Assembly (NCBI GenBank): GCA_036867785.1
Contig: CP145418.1
Coordinates: 124,001 to 188,000 of the forward strand
Length of the DNA: 64,000 bases
Reading direction: 5' to 3'
From: Plasmodiophora brassicae
Lineage: Eukaryota
Each line of letters opens with the position of its first letter. Position 1 is the stretch's first letter. Shown piece by piece: positions 1 to 11,656 of this stretch. The notes beneath the pieces were generated by a model. It was not told the origin of the DNA and ran no database searches. It was given only the letters and a program-made list of their open reading frames with translations. Made by a program: the position numbers and the translations under genes.

Positions 1-579
1 GTTGCGGCTCGTCGGGTTCTTCGCTGACGTCGGAAACGCCATCGACGCACTCGTGTCTAAAAGAAGCATCACCTTTCGCTCTTCCGCAGCGAAACTTCTC
101 TCAGGCTCGCTTGCATGCGGGCTTGTTTGCGCGTTCGTACTTGTAGTGTTTACCACCACGAGCGGCTCGACATCAGGGCTGACATTGCCTGGCTGAATAC
201 GGCGACACTGAACTGTATCGGCACCCAACAGGCATCCACCCAAGAACCTGCGCAATTTGCTCCACCCAAATCGAACCATTTTCTTAGCCAATCCTGGAGA
301 TGCAGAACGATCATTCAGGTACATGCCCGAAGATGGTGTCGTTTGCACGTGATGTAGACGACGGTATGCTGTCGACGGCTGAAGACCCGGGGACGGTGTT
401 GTTTGCGACGACGTCGTGCCAGAAAATGCCTGCACGTCAGCAAGGCAGTGGTCGAAACGGCGATGCTGGCCGCGCGGTTTTCTCAGTGGGTTGCAAGAGC
501 AGGAGTTCCCAGCGGTCCCAAACCCCGCTGCCCCGATCGCTACGATGATGGCGGCGGCCATCAGTCGCATCTGGACCAT
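1..579 (-). CDS. Secreted protein with von Willebrand factor A (vWA) domain; runs off the left edge (3'-partial)
   Basis: Open minus frame from ATG 579 to position 1, absent from the ORF track. Starts MVQMRLMAAAIIVAIGAAGFGTA|GNSCSC (signal peptide). Ends ...KVMLLLDTSASMAFP..., a beta-strand plus DxSxS MIDAS motif typical of vWA domains. Confidence 0.7.
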   Translation of the reverse strand, partial: MVQMRLMAAAIIVAIGAAGFGTAGNSCSCNPLRKPRGQHRRFDHCLADVQAFSGTTSSQTTPSPGLQPSTAYRRLHHVQTTPSSGMYLNDRSASPGLAKKMVRFGWSKLRRFLGGCLLGADTVQCRRIQPGNVSPDVEPLVVVNTTSTNAQTSPHASEPERSFAAEERKVMLLLDTSASMAFPTSAKNPTSRN

Positions 580-1520
580 GGTATCCTGGAACGGGACCGT
601 ACGTACGCTCGCTGGCTCGATGTGGATTGGAACTGGTCAGCCGCCCTGTCGCGCAGTTCTGCACTGCCGTCGAGTCGCGCAGGCGCCACTGCAGATTGGA
701 TTCGCGCAAACAGCGTGATACCTACTGTACACTGTACAGCGCCGTTGTACAGGTCGAAACGACTGCAACAATGTCCACACCAGCTTGCTGATGCCCTCTA
801 GATAGTACTCATTGTGAATATAACAATGCAAGTGGCAGCACCAGTGAAGTTTTGCCTTAACAGCAACGTCACGCGAAAACAGGTTCAGTATATTGTCGCA
901 TATCTTGTGCGACAAGTGTCGTCCCGGATTCCAGCAATCTATCAGGTTCACCGGCAAAGCTGGCCACTTGAAAGACGACCAGCGCCGCAGAATAGTATCC
1001 AAATGTCGGTAGATCTGGGCATCTGAATGCGAGGGTTGTGTGCTGCAACTGGATCGAACGGGGCCAACACATCAATTTGATGGCCTCTGTCATAACCGAC
1101 TCCGATTTATCATAGCGGGCGTGCGTCATATCACACAAGTCGTCTGGAATATTATTCGCTGAGATCGCCAGCTTCCGTAACTTGGCTGCACCTCCATGAG
1201 AATCATTTCTGTCACACCCGATGCGCGACCGATGTGCCTGGCCCAACGTCGTGCTATCTCGACGTCTGTGCCAGATCATATACACCTACTAAGCGACAGC
1301 ACGCTGCCAGGGGAGACACAGCTAGCAGTGAAGAAGGGCCCCAGGAACACAAGATTGCATGGATAGAGGTCAAATCTTAATCCTATCGTCACAACAGAGC
1401 CGCACCCAAACTGAGTTTCGACGCTGAATCCACATCCATTCACAACATTCACAATCGCCTTCCACTGTGATATTCACTGACTATGTTGTATGTATATATG
1501 CTGAACAACCGACCGATCAA

Positions 1521-1952
1521 TCAATAATAGATGTGGGCATGATCGATGGGGGAAAAATGAATAGGGACGTCGTAATGAATGGAGACGTGATGATGAGTGG
1601 GGGCGTGATGATGGGCGGGAGCGTGTCCGCGTAATCGTTCTTCGCTGTAGGGAGCGACGACTGCCGTGCCCAGCGGCAGCCTCGGTTCCCGTTCCTCCGA
1701 CGCGCCGTTCCTCCTCGTCCACCGCGGGGCCCGATCGATATTTGAGTGCGAGTCAACCGTCTCCGTCTGCTGTGGAGGCCTGTACGTTGGCGGCAGCGCT
1801 GACCTTGGCACCGGCACGGAGGCGAATGTCGTTAGATGCGCGACGAAACGGTTTTTGTCCTGCTCGTGTTGCCGGGCCTTGCTTGAGCAGCAGTTTCCGG
1901 CGCTTGCGATACTCATCACGCCAACCAGCACGATGACGACTGCGAGGCGCAT
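1521..1952 (-). CDS. Small secreted protein (143 aa) with His-rich C-terminus, candidate effector
   Basis: MRLAVVIVLVGVMSIASA|GNCCSSK signal peptide; tail HAPAHHHAPTHHHVSIHYDVPIHFSPIDHAHIYY; single exon. Confidence 0.65.
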   Translation of the reverse strand: MRLAVVIVLVGVMSIASAGNCCSSKARQHEQDKNRFVAHLTTFASVPVPRSALPPTYRPPQQTETVDSHSNIDRAPRWTRRNGASEEREPRLPLGTAVVAPYSEERLRGHAPAHHHAPTHHHVSIHYDVPIHFSPIDHAHIYY

Positions 1953-2550
1953 GCCGACGAAACCGTTGTTAGGTGGGCGACGAGTGAAAAGTGAAAACCC
2001 CGCACGGCGCGGGCGACTGGTTCGCAGTCGCGCCACGAGCCACGGCGAAATTGCACACGCCGATGCCCCCACGCAGACTGCGACCTACTTACATAGTGTA
2101 GGTGGCACATGTATGGGGGCAGCACTGAATGTTGCCAAGATGGAGTTCGCGTACGGGAAGCTTCCATCAAATCCCATCCTGTGTTATCGACAAACTCGAA
2201 GAACGATGAGCCGGTGCCCTCATCTGCGCCAGGTATCCAGGCGGGCCTTTCCGGCGGTCATATATCAGATGGAGGTAGTGCATCCGGACACCCTCTTTCG
2301 AATGCACTGCCGCCGGCCTACGATCGGTAACGTATGGCGCGGTCTTTCGACGCCTTCAGGGTCTCCGTCCCTCGCAGTGCCCGTCGCTGTCGCCTGAATG
2401 CTTTCTAGCCGTTCAGGATACGATTCCCATGCGTTCATATCGTTGGCGTCGGCAATGCATTCGTCAGTCCTCGCAGGAACGCCTGTTTTTAATGAGGTTA
2501 TAAAAACAGCAGATCTGAAAATGATTTCTAGGTGTTCGGCGACGACAACG

Positions 2551-3751
2551 TCATAAGAGGCCGATGTCACTCAATGACCGTCGTATGACGATGTCCTTGA
2601 CGGCGGTGAACACGTGCCTGATGTTCTCGCTGTCGGTCGCACACGTTATATGCGTGTAGACGGGTTTGTTGGCGATCAGGTTCCTGGCCTCGAACGCCTG
2701 CTTGACGTACTGGGCGCACGGCTCGAACTCCTGCGACCCGAAGTACTGCGGGAAGCAGACGTTGATGTGAACGAGCTTGATCTTCTCGGCGAACAGGTCG
2801 CTCTTGTTGAGGAATAGTATGACGGGCGTCGACTTGAACCATTCCGAGTTGACAATGTCGCCGAACAGCGTCAGTGCTTCGTGCATCCGATTCGTCGTGC
2901 CGTCTTCGTACAGGACCTGGTCATAATCGCTTAGGGCGGCCACGAAGATCACGGCGGTCACCGAATCGAAGCAGTGAATCCATTTCTTCCGCTCGTTGCG
3001 CTGCCCACCGACGTCAAACTGACCAACGGCGCATATCAGCGTTTGTGCAGCGGTAGGTGCGCCTGGCGTACCATTTGGAATTTCGAGTTCTCCAACTCGA
3101 ACTCGGTCTCGACGATACCGGTGGTCCTGACTCTTGACCTGAGGATGTCGGCCTCGGACGGCACGTAGCTGGGCGCACAGATCTCGTCGATCTTGTCGAA
3201 GAACCAGTTGGAGTTGTCGGTCAGCTGGAACTTGCTCCTGTTGACGAACGTGCACCGGATGCCGGGGTCGTTCCAGAGCACCTTGATGTGGGCAGCGTCC
3301 TCGGGCGTCAGCACGCTGTCTGCCTTGAGCGCCATGACCGCGTGCGCATGGTCCCGGTGCTGCACCTTGATCTGCGTGTCCAGATGCGGGTATTTGACCT
3401 TCAGGCGCTCGGTGTTCCGTATCAGCGTCTGTATCGCTGAAATGACGTTGGCGTATATGATGTGGTCGAACTTCCGCCTCTCCTCCTCAGAGTACCCGGG
3501 CCCATACAGCTTGATCATTTGCCTGTGACAGGTGCCAGTCGGTCATCTCTGAAACACCTGGCGTAACGCAATCGCTATCCGTACTTGAACAGAGTGCTCT
3601 TGCCGGATTCCCCGGCGCCCAGCAGGAGGAGCTTCTTGATCTCGGAGTGGGCGGCGACATCTTTGGCGGCGGCGGCATCGATCTCTTTCGACCGAGCCTG
3701 CTCTCGCATCCATTCCGTGGCCAGGCATTGCAACCCGCAGAACCCCACCAT
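2551..3751 (-). CDS. Heterotrimeric G protein alpha subunit (2 introns)
   Basis: LLLLGAGESGKSTLFK|QM, RSRVRTTG, DVGGQRNERKKW, FLNKSDLF and HITCATD motifs. GT-AG introns near 3523-3583 and 3020-3071. Probable start MVGFCGLQC at 3751. Confidence 0.95.
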
Positions 3752-4139
3752 CGGCTACACCCGGTATCCGCCCCCCGCCCTGCTACTGCATTCGACGTCG
3801 GCAACGATCCCGCGCCGCCCCGCTCTCGCCCGCGATTACGGCTGACGACGGGTTATCGTGCGTGCCCTTGATATTCAATGGTGGGCGCGCGATCCCATAC
3901 CACCGGTATCTATCAGTACCCTGTACCCCTGACACCCTCAGCCGCGCTCATATCCGGCCGACGCGCCGCTGAGGGTGCTCCCGCAGTCGGAACGTTCGCC
4001 CGCAGTAGGGCCACGTTAGCGCGGCCCGGGGCGCGGGGGTCGTAACGTGGACGTCCCCGACCCACAGTCGGCGAACATATTGTGATGTAGGTCCGTGGGC
4101 TGCAGCCTCGACTGTGGATCGGGTGGGCGTCGGGTGACG

Positions 4140-4785
<646 letters not shown>

Positions 4786-4851
4786 GGGCGCGCTTCCAGT
4801 CTACACACCGGCGGTCTGCATGACCGTTGTATAAAGGGCCGATCTGTATAA

Positions 4852-5502
4852 TTAGGCTGCGTATGGTTGCCGGGGACTTGGCAGTAGGTCGGGGCGCCAT
4901 ACATCGTCGCCAGGCAGGCCCAATGGCGACATGACGAAGACGCAGTTGTCGGCGATGACGACGGGGATCCGCATCTGGGCTAAATAGGACAGGCCAGCGT
5001 GGGTGACCCGGGTCTCGCTGATGTCCAGGCGTCGCAGCGTGGACCGGCACGCATCGGTGACGTGCTCGATGGAGGCGTCGGTCAGCAGGCGGCAGCCTCT
5101 CAGGACCAGGGATTCGACGTTGCGGCACCCGTGCATGACGAGGGCGATGCCCCTGTCGGTCAGGGACGGGCACCCCGACAGGTCCAGGTGCCTGACGCGG
5201 TCGCATCCGGCAATGACGGGCATGCACCAGTCGTGGCATCCCTGGGCGGACAGGTGCACGAGGCCCCGGCAGCGGCCCAGGATTCCGGCGAACACGGGAA
5301 GCGCCACGGTTGTCGGTTGGGAGCCGTCTGCCACTGCACTGACGGCCAGGGACGATATCCTCGCCAGGTAGTCCGGGTGCCGAGACGCCTGCCTCAGCAG
5401 GCGGCAGACCTGGCCGATCGGGGCGCCAACGACGTCGCCCACGTCGAGGTACATAAACACGCTGTGCAGGACGTCGAGGGGCAGGTCGGCGAGCAGCACC
5501 AT
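4852..5502 (-). CDS. F-box / leucine-rich repeat protein
   Basis: N-terminal F-box LADLPLDVLHSVFMYL...IGQVCR; cysteine-containing LRRs HLDLSGCPSLTDRGI, SLVLRGCRLLTDASI, RLDISETRVTHAGL. Confidence 0.85.
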   Translation of the reverse strand: MVLLADLPLDVLHSVFMYLDVGDVVGAPIGQVCRLLRQASRHPDYLARISSLAVSAVADGSQPTTVALPVFAGILGRCRGLVHLSAQGCHDWCMPVIAGCDRVRHLDLSGCPSLTDRGIALVMHGCRNVESLVLRGCRLLTDASIEHVTDACRSTLRRLDISETRVTHAGLSYLAQMRIPVVIADNCVFVMSPLGLPGDDVWRPDLLPSPRQPYAA

Positions 5503-5892
5503 GGGTTAACTTAGGGGTCAACTACTTGACTGGGCGGCGTGACTCAACGTGACCATTCAGGCGACCTTGTGCGAAACCCGGGGCGCCCGGATCGGAGTCG
5601 GAACCGGATCCGGGCCCCGCGTTAGCCTCATGCTCGCCGTGGTGGCTTGTCGACCGAAACGGTGCCGTCGGCGCCCGGGCATCACGCGCGACTCGGCAAC
5701 GGAACCAGACCCTCGGGGCATGAGCCGTATGGCAATGCGTCCGGCGATGGGATCCCCTGCAGGGTTGGTCGCCCGCCCGGCTGTGACTGGATGGCACAGC
5801 CGGACCAAGTTCGACGAGCACCAAGGGACGACGCGGCCACAGCGGCGATCCTAGTCTGGTGGCGGGTCGACGTCTGCCGGTCCGGTCGCACC

Positions 5893-6845
<953 letters not shown>

Positions 6846-8133
6846 ACCAACCGGAGACCTCCAGGTCACACATAAATGTACATGTCGCGTCGAGCACCCA
6901 TTCCGCCTGGTACCAGCCACCGGTGGAGTACCCGATGTAGAGTGCTTCTTCGAACGGAATTGCTGCGAACTTTGTGCTCGCAACGACCCCCTAATCCATC
7001 CTGATGGCCGGCTGTTGACTCACCCGTCGACCCTTGTTCGCCTTTGTCGTTTAAGGGATTAGACGGATTGTTCCGGTTGTGTGGCGACAAGCGAGTCGAC
7101 CTGATCTGTGATGGTCGTAGCGGCAGCGGTATGGTGATCCGATGCCGCGACGTAGATGATCGTTGCAACCGCTGGGAGTGTTCTTTCTCTACTACGGCTG
7201 TATGAATCGTTATTACAGGTCGTGTTCCTTCTTGAGGACACGCATCGAACGTAAGGTTTTTCACCAATTGATATCTGCAGAAACTGACGGTTGCTTGGAC
7301 CTCGCAGGCGTCCCCAACGTTTATACGTTCCAGGCCCACATCTGGGTTCCTTGAGGAATTTCGCCGCCAGTGTGGAGTCGAGCGCTCGTTACCCAGTCTC
7401 GACGTCATCAGTGCGACCTCGCTGGAGCAGATTATCGAGGAATGTCGCACCCGTCTACACGTTCTGCTTCCTGTCGATCTTCACGTTATCGAAAAGCACG
7501 ACGTTAATAATTATTGCATGTTTGAACCTGCTACAAAGGTCGGCGACTTGCGCCTCGCAGCAGGATCGTTGGTCTCTCTTCGCGCTACGCTTCCAAGTGG
7601 GCGGGCGTCCTCGTTGCAGGCAAGGGTGCTGTTACGAAGGGAGGTAATGGTAAAAGAGGCCCCGATAAACAGCCTCGGAAGAGGGCATGTCGGGAAAAGA
7701 CCCAGCTGATCCCGCCTCCAAGGTTTGTATCGCCATTTCGCTTTCGATCTCAGTACTGACGGCAGACGCGTCGACGGGTATACACGACGTTTATCGCAAA
7801 GTTTGACGGCGAAAGACGAACTCCAGGTGAGCCACTGTCGGGGCATTCACGTCAATTAGCAAGAGAGAAGACAGGGAAACCTGCCTACTTACTGCATAGC
7901 TGTTCATGACGGGGTACCCTGGTGTCCCACAATGTGGGCATCGGCGACGAAGCTCGAGAAAGTACGGCCGCTACTAGGCAGCGTGACGCCTCAACAGCAG
8001 TTCAGGTGCGTATCCGCACGTGACGTCATCGGTACCATCGTGAATCACGGTTCCGTCGTTCGCCGGGCGGCAAGTTCCCGGATGACCAGTCCCCAAATCC
8101 GAATCACCACCCCAAACCACGCCAATCGCCTCG

Positions 8134-9075
8134 ATGAACGCCGCCATCGTCATCGCAGCCGTAGCGATCTCCGCCAGCATCGCTGCCGGCCAGACACCAG
8201 AGTCTGCATCACCCTCAACGGTAGACGCGTTACCTGTCACGACGACGACGACGACACCGACGACGACGACGTCGACAACGCCACCCACGACGACAACAGT
8301 GGCACCTGCGACGACAACAACAACAGCGCCTGCAGAGTCGACGACAACGTTACCTACCACGAAGACGACAACGTTACCTGCCACGAGGACGCCGACACGA
8401 GGGACGGCGACTGGCAATGCGACCATGACGCAGCGACAGGCGCAGATCGACGCCCGAGCTCAGGCTGTCCAGAAGAAGGCTGCGGGAGCGTTCTCCAATA
8501 GGCAGGGCGCCCTGCAGGGCAACGCATCGACGGGGCTGACAGCCGGGCAGACGGATGCGAACGACACGCTTGCGTCGGGCATCACCAACGGGCAGACGCA
8601 GGTGACCGACGCGGCGCAGCAGGGCGGGAACGTCGTTAACGGCACGCTGTCGCAGATCGAGAAGGCCTCGCTGGCCGCCCAGGCGCAAGCCAACCGGACG
8701 CGGCAGATCGCGAACAACGCTGTCCGAGCGAACAACGCCAGTGGGACGGCCATCAGCAACCAGCTGATCAGCGGGACCGGCCAAGCCAAGCAAACCGGGA
8801 ACCAGTTGAGGCAGAACATGCTTGCCGCGTTCGGCAATAATTCGACGACCACGACGACAACGCCTGATCCGGCGACAGCGACGACCACGCCTCCTGCGAA
8901 CACGACGACGACGACGACGACCCCGCCGTCGTCCCTTCCAGGTGCTTCAGCGACGAACCCGAACATCATCCCGTCGAGCGCACCGACAAGCGTTTCTACA
9001 TCTGTCCCTGGTGCACCCGTTCCTACGCCCGCGCCAGCACCCAGGCAATCCAGGACTGGGACCCGCTTCAACTGA
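8134..9075 (+). CDS. Secreted Thr/Pro-rich mucin-like protein with central Q/N/A-rich region
   Basis: Signal peptide MNAAIVIAAVAISASIAAG; two poly-Thr tracts (ACG repeats) flank a Q/A/N/G-rich segment; 313 aa single-exon ORF. Confidence 0.8.
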   Translation: MNAAIVIAAVAISASIAAGQTPESASPSTVDALPVTTTTTTPTTTTSTTPPTTTTVAPATTTTTAPAESTTTLPTTKTTTLPATRTPTRGTATGNATMTQRQAQIDARAQAVQKKAAGAFSNRQGALQGNASTGLTAGQTDANDTLASGITNGQTQVTDAAQQGGNVVNGTLSQIEKASLAAQAQANRTRQIANNAVRANNASGTAISNQLISGTGQAKQTGNQLRQNMLAAFGNNSTTTTTTPDPATATTTPPANTTTTTTTPPSSLPGASATNPNIIPSSAPTSVSTSVPGAPVPTPAPAPRQSRTGTRFN

Positions 9076-9142
9076 TCAAAGGGGGTCGCCCTAAGCACGT
9101 GGATTAAACGCCGTCCTCCCGGCACGTCCCTGTATGTGGGCG

Positions 9143-9952
9143 TCACACGATTCGAGCGGGATCCTTGGCCGTCGTGCCGGTTGCCGACTTAGGGCCGCAG
9201 CAGGTCTCGCAAGGCGGTATGACGTTGCCGTCGTCGGGCTCGGCGAACGGGTCGCCCGGCTCCATGGCGCGCCTCAGTAGGTAGACGCAGCCGACGACGA
9301 TGTAGAGGAACGAGGCGGTGCCCAGGGTGGCGTTCAGCGCGAACGCGAACTGGCAGAGCGCGTTGTCGGCACCGTCGCAGGCGTACGCGCTCTGCGACGC
9401 TATCAGGACCGACGGCGAGAAGAAGAACAAGGACAGGACCAGGAAGTACATGGGCAGGTTCGGCGACAGGGCATCGTGCCCGAGAAGGTACTTCACCTCG
9501 CGTAGGCCGCTGCTGAGGGAGAACCGCGTCACCAGCCAGGTCGCCGAGCTGATGGATGAGAACGACAGCCAGGTGGAGATGCCGGTCAGGATGCCATAGA
9601 CCTGCTTGGCGCTGCCCGACTGGCCGTCCAGGTCGGGTGGGCTCAGGTGATTGGTCAGGCTGGTCGTGAACAGCAGGACGGCGATCACGCCGATCGTCGC
9701 CCACGTGTTCTTCAGCGAGTCGTACACGAACGCGAGCTTCTTCTCACCGATCGCCCCGCGATGAATCTCGAACCAGTGCCCGGCCGTTGCCGCCGACAGT
9801 ACGCCCAGCGCCGACCTGCACGGTCGCCCAACGACCTGCATTGGAACTCGGCGCCGGTGGCGTATGTTGCAGAGGGCGATGCGATCGTACTCGCTGTCGA
9901 TCGTTCGTAATAGTACTGGCCGGCTATACCCAGCTACGTAAAGAGCATGCAC
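9143..9952 (-). CDS. Multipass (about 4 TM) membrane protein, PGG-domain-like; start uncertain
   Basis: Hydrophobic helices NTWATIGVIAVLLFTTSL, YGILTGISTWLSFSSI, MYFLVLSLFFFSPSVLI, FLYIVVGCVYLL. Confidence 0.6.
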   Translation of the reverse strand: MHALYVAGYSRPVLLRTIDSEYDRIALCNIRHRRRVPMQVVGRPCRSALGVLSAATAGHWFEIHRGAIGEKKLAFVYDSLKNTWATIGVIAVLLFTTSLTNHLSPPDLDGQSGSAKQVYGILTGISTWLSFSSISSATWLVTRFSLSSGLREVKYLLGHDALSPNLPMYFLVLSLFFFSPSVLIASQSAYACDGADNALCQFAFALNATLGTASFLYIVVGCVYLLRRAMEPGDPFAEPDDGNVIPPCETCCGPKSATGTTAKDPARIV

Positions 9953-10011
9953 AAGCGGTGTCTGATGCGTTGGACAGAACGACGAGACGACATACTGCAG
10001 AGCTTGACCGT

Positions 10012-11446
10012 TTACAGAGGGCTCGTGAACACACGTTCAGTGTCGGACTCGGGACGACGTCGAAGTTTCATGGCGATGCCGGCGGCGACCAGGCTGATGG
10101 AGACGAAAACGAGGGCGGCCAGCAGGGCGTGGATGGTGACGATGGACGCGCCCGCCGGTTCTTCGTTGGCCAGCGGACTAGGTATGGGCGTATGCCTCCT
10201 GGCTGGGAACGCCTGTCTCCTGTTGGCAGCCAGCAGCACCATGGCGGCGCCCGAGCTGGCGGCCACTACGAGCCCTGCCTTGACGAGCATGCCTGGGATG
10301 CCACACAGCGAATCACTCACCAGGACGACCGAGCGTCTCGACGCCGTACCGAGCCTGGCGTCTGGGTCCGGCCGATTCACAACGACCAAGGGCCTGGCTT
10401 TCGTAGCGGCGATCGCCAAGGCGCCCAGTGCACAGATCACCGCTATCGCCGACCGCTGGTTTGCACCCGCACGAAGTGTGCCGACCTATGAGGAGCACTG
10501 AGCACACGGGGCGGTGACCAATCCGGCACCTGTCGACTTGCGCCTTCGTGGCCCTCAGCTCAGATTGCGCCAGCGATTCAGCCGACCGGGTCGCGTCCAC
10601 CTCCTGCCGCAGGGCATCGATCGTGCGGGCGGTATCATTGACGGCATCGTCCTTCTCGCTGACGCGACCCTCCAGGTCGGCCTGCATCGCAGCGTACCGC
10701 CCCAGCATGTCGTTCTGCACGCTGATCGTCGTGTTTCGCTCGGCGATGGCCTGCTGGAGCGCCGTCGTGGTGCCGTTCGTCGTCTCGCCATGTCGGACGA
10801 ACGAGGCGCCGGTTGGCGCTTCTGCCGCCGACGCCGTCTGCCGATCTCCAGCGGCACGCTGACGCCCACCGACTTTCCTGGCGCGTTTCGGTACACGATA
10901 TCGACGGACGGGTCCGTCGTGGCGTCTACCGAGCCCAATCGCTTGGGGCCCGTCCCCGTTACGAACCGCCTGAGGCATCCGCCTGGCAAACGCGTCCTGT
11001 TGACGGAACCCAGTCAGCCGTCCCGCCTACAGGACACGGTGGTCACGAGAACGACCAGCAGCAGTAGTACGCCAGCCCGCTCGTTGCGGTTCAGGAACGC
11101 GTCGTCGTTGCTGACGGTGTCGTTGACGACCGGCGACACCAGCTGTTGGGAACGGCATCAGACCCGTCCCGGTCGACGCGTCGCGCCCACCGACATGCCA
11201 TACCATGCCGAACGTGGAGCGGTGCTTGCTGTGCTCGGCGTGCAGGACGTCCGCCTGCACGAGGGGCGGGCGCACACCTGCCGAGAAGCGTCCGAGGGCG
11301 AGGTGCCGCTCGTGGGCGACTACGTTGGGGGCGACAACGACCGCATCGTCGCCCCTGCACCGACGCGTGCAGAGCAGCACGAGGAGTACAACGGCACAGG
11401 CGGGCCAGGCGTAGCAACCGGGCAGCGGCGCCCGCCCCGCATGCAT
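10012..11446 (-). CDS. Coiled-coil membrane protein with C-terminal hydrophobic/TM segments (multi-exon, start uncertain)
   Basis: Coiled coil ALQQAIAERNTTISVQNDML...RATKAQ spliced to VGTLRAGANQRSAIAVICALG...IHALLAALVFVSISLVAAGIAMKLRRR; GT-AG introns inferred. Confidence 0.55.
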
Positions 11447-11656
11447 CGTCGTCACTGCTCGGGGGCCCGCCTGCCCCACAGCAGCTGGCAGCAACGAATG
11501 CTATTCTGGGGCGCGCCCTCCCGATCCGATGGGGCTCTCTCTGTTCGTTGCTCTACCCAGTCGACGCCTGTCCGAACTGAACAATGCTCGCTTGTATTGG
11601 AAGAACCGGTCGGATGGTGACAACACGGGGGACGGTCGCGCCCTCGGCGCTGGGCC

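Noticed and set aside
637-1285. Lower-GC stretch with short minus-strand ORFs
   Set aside because: No motif or consistent splice model found; could be a decayed gene but cannot be supported.
6866-7900. Lower-GC region considered as a transposon or pseudogene relic
   Set aside because: No transposase/RT motifs, terminal repeats or target-site duplications seen.
11452-11656. 3' tail of the 1048 aa ORF 11452-14598
   Set aside because: Reads through introns; splicing gives a stop at 11657.
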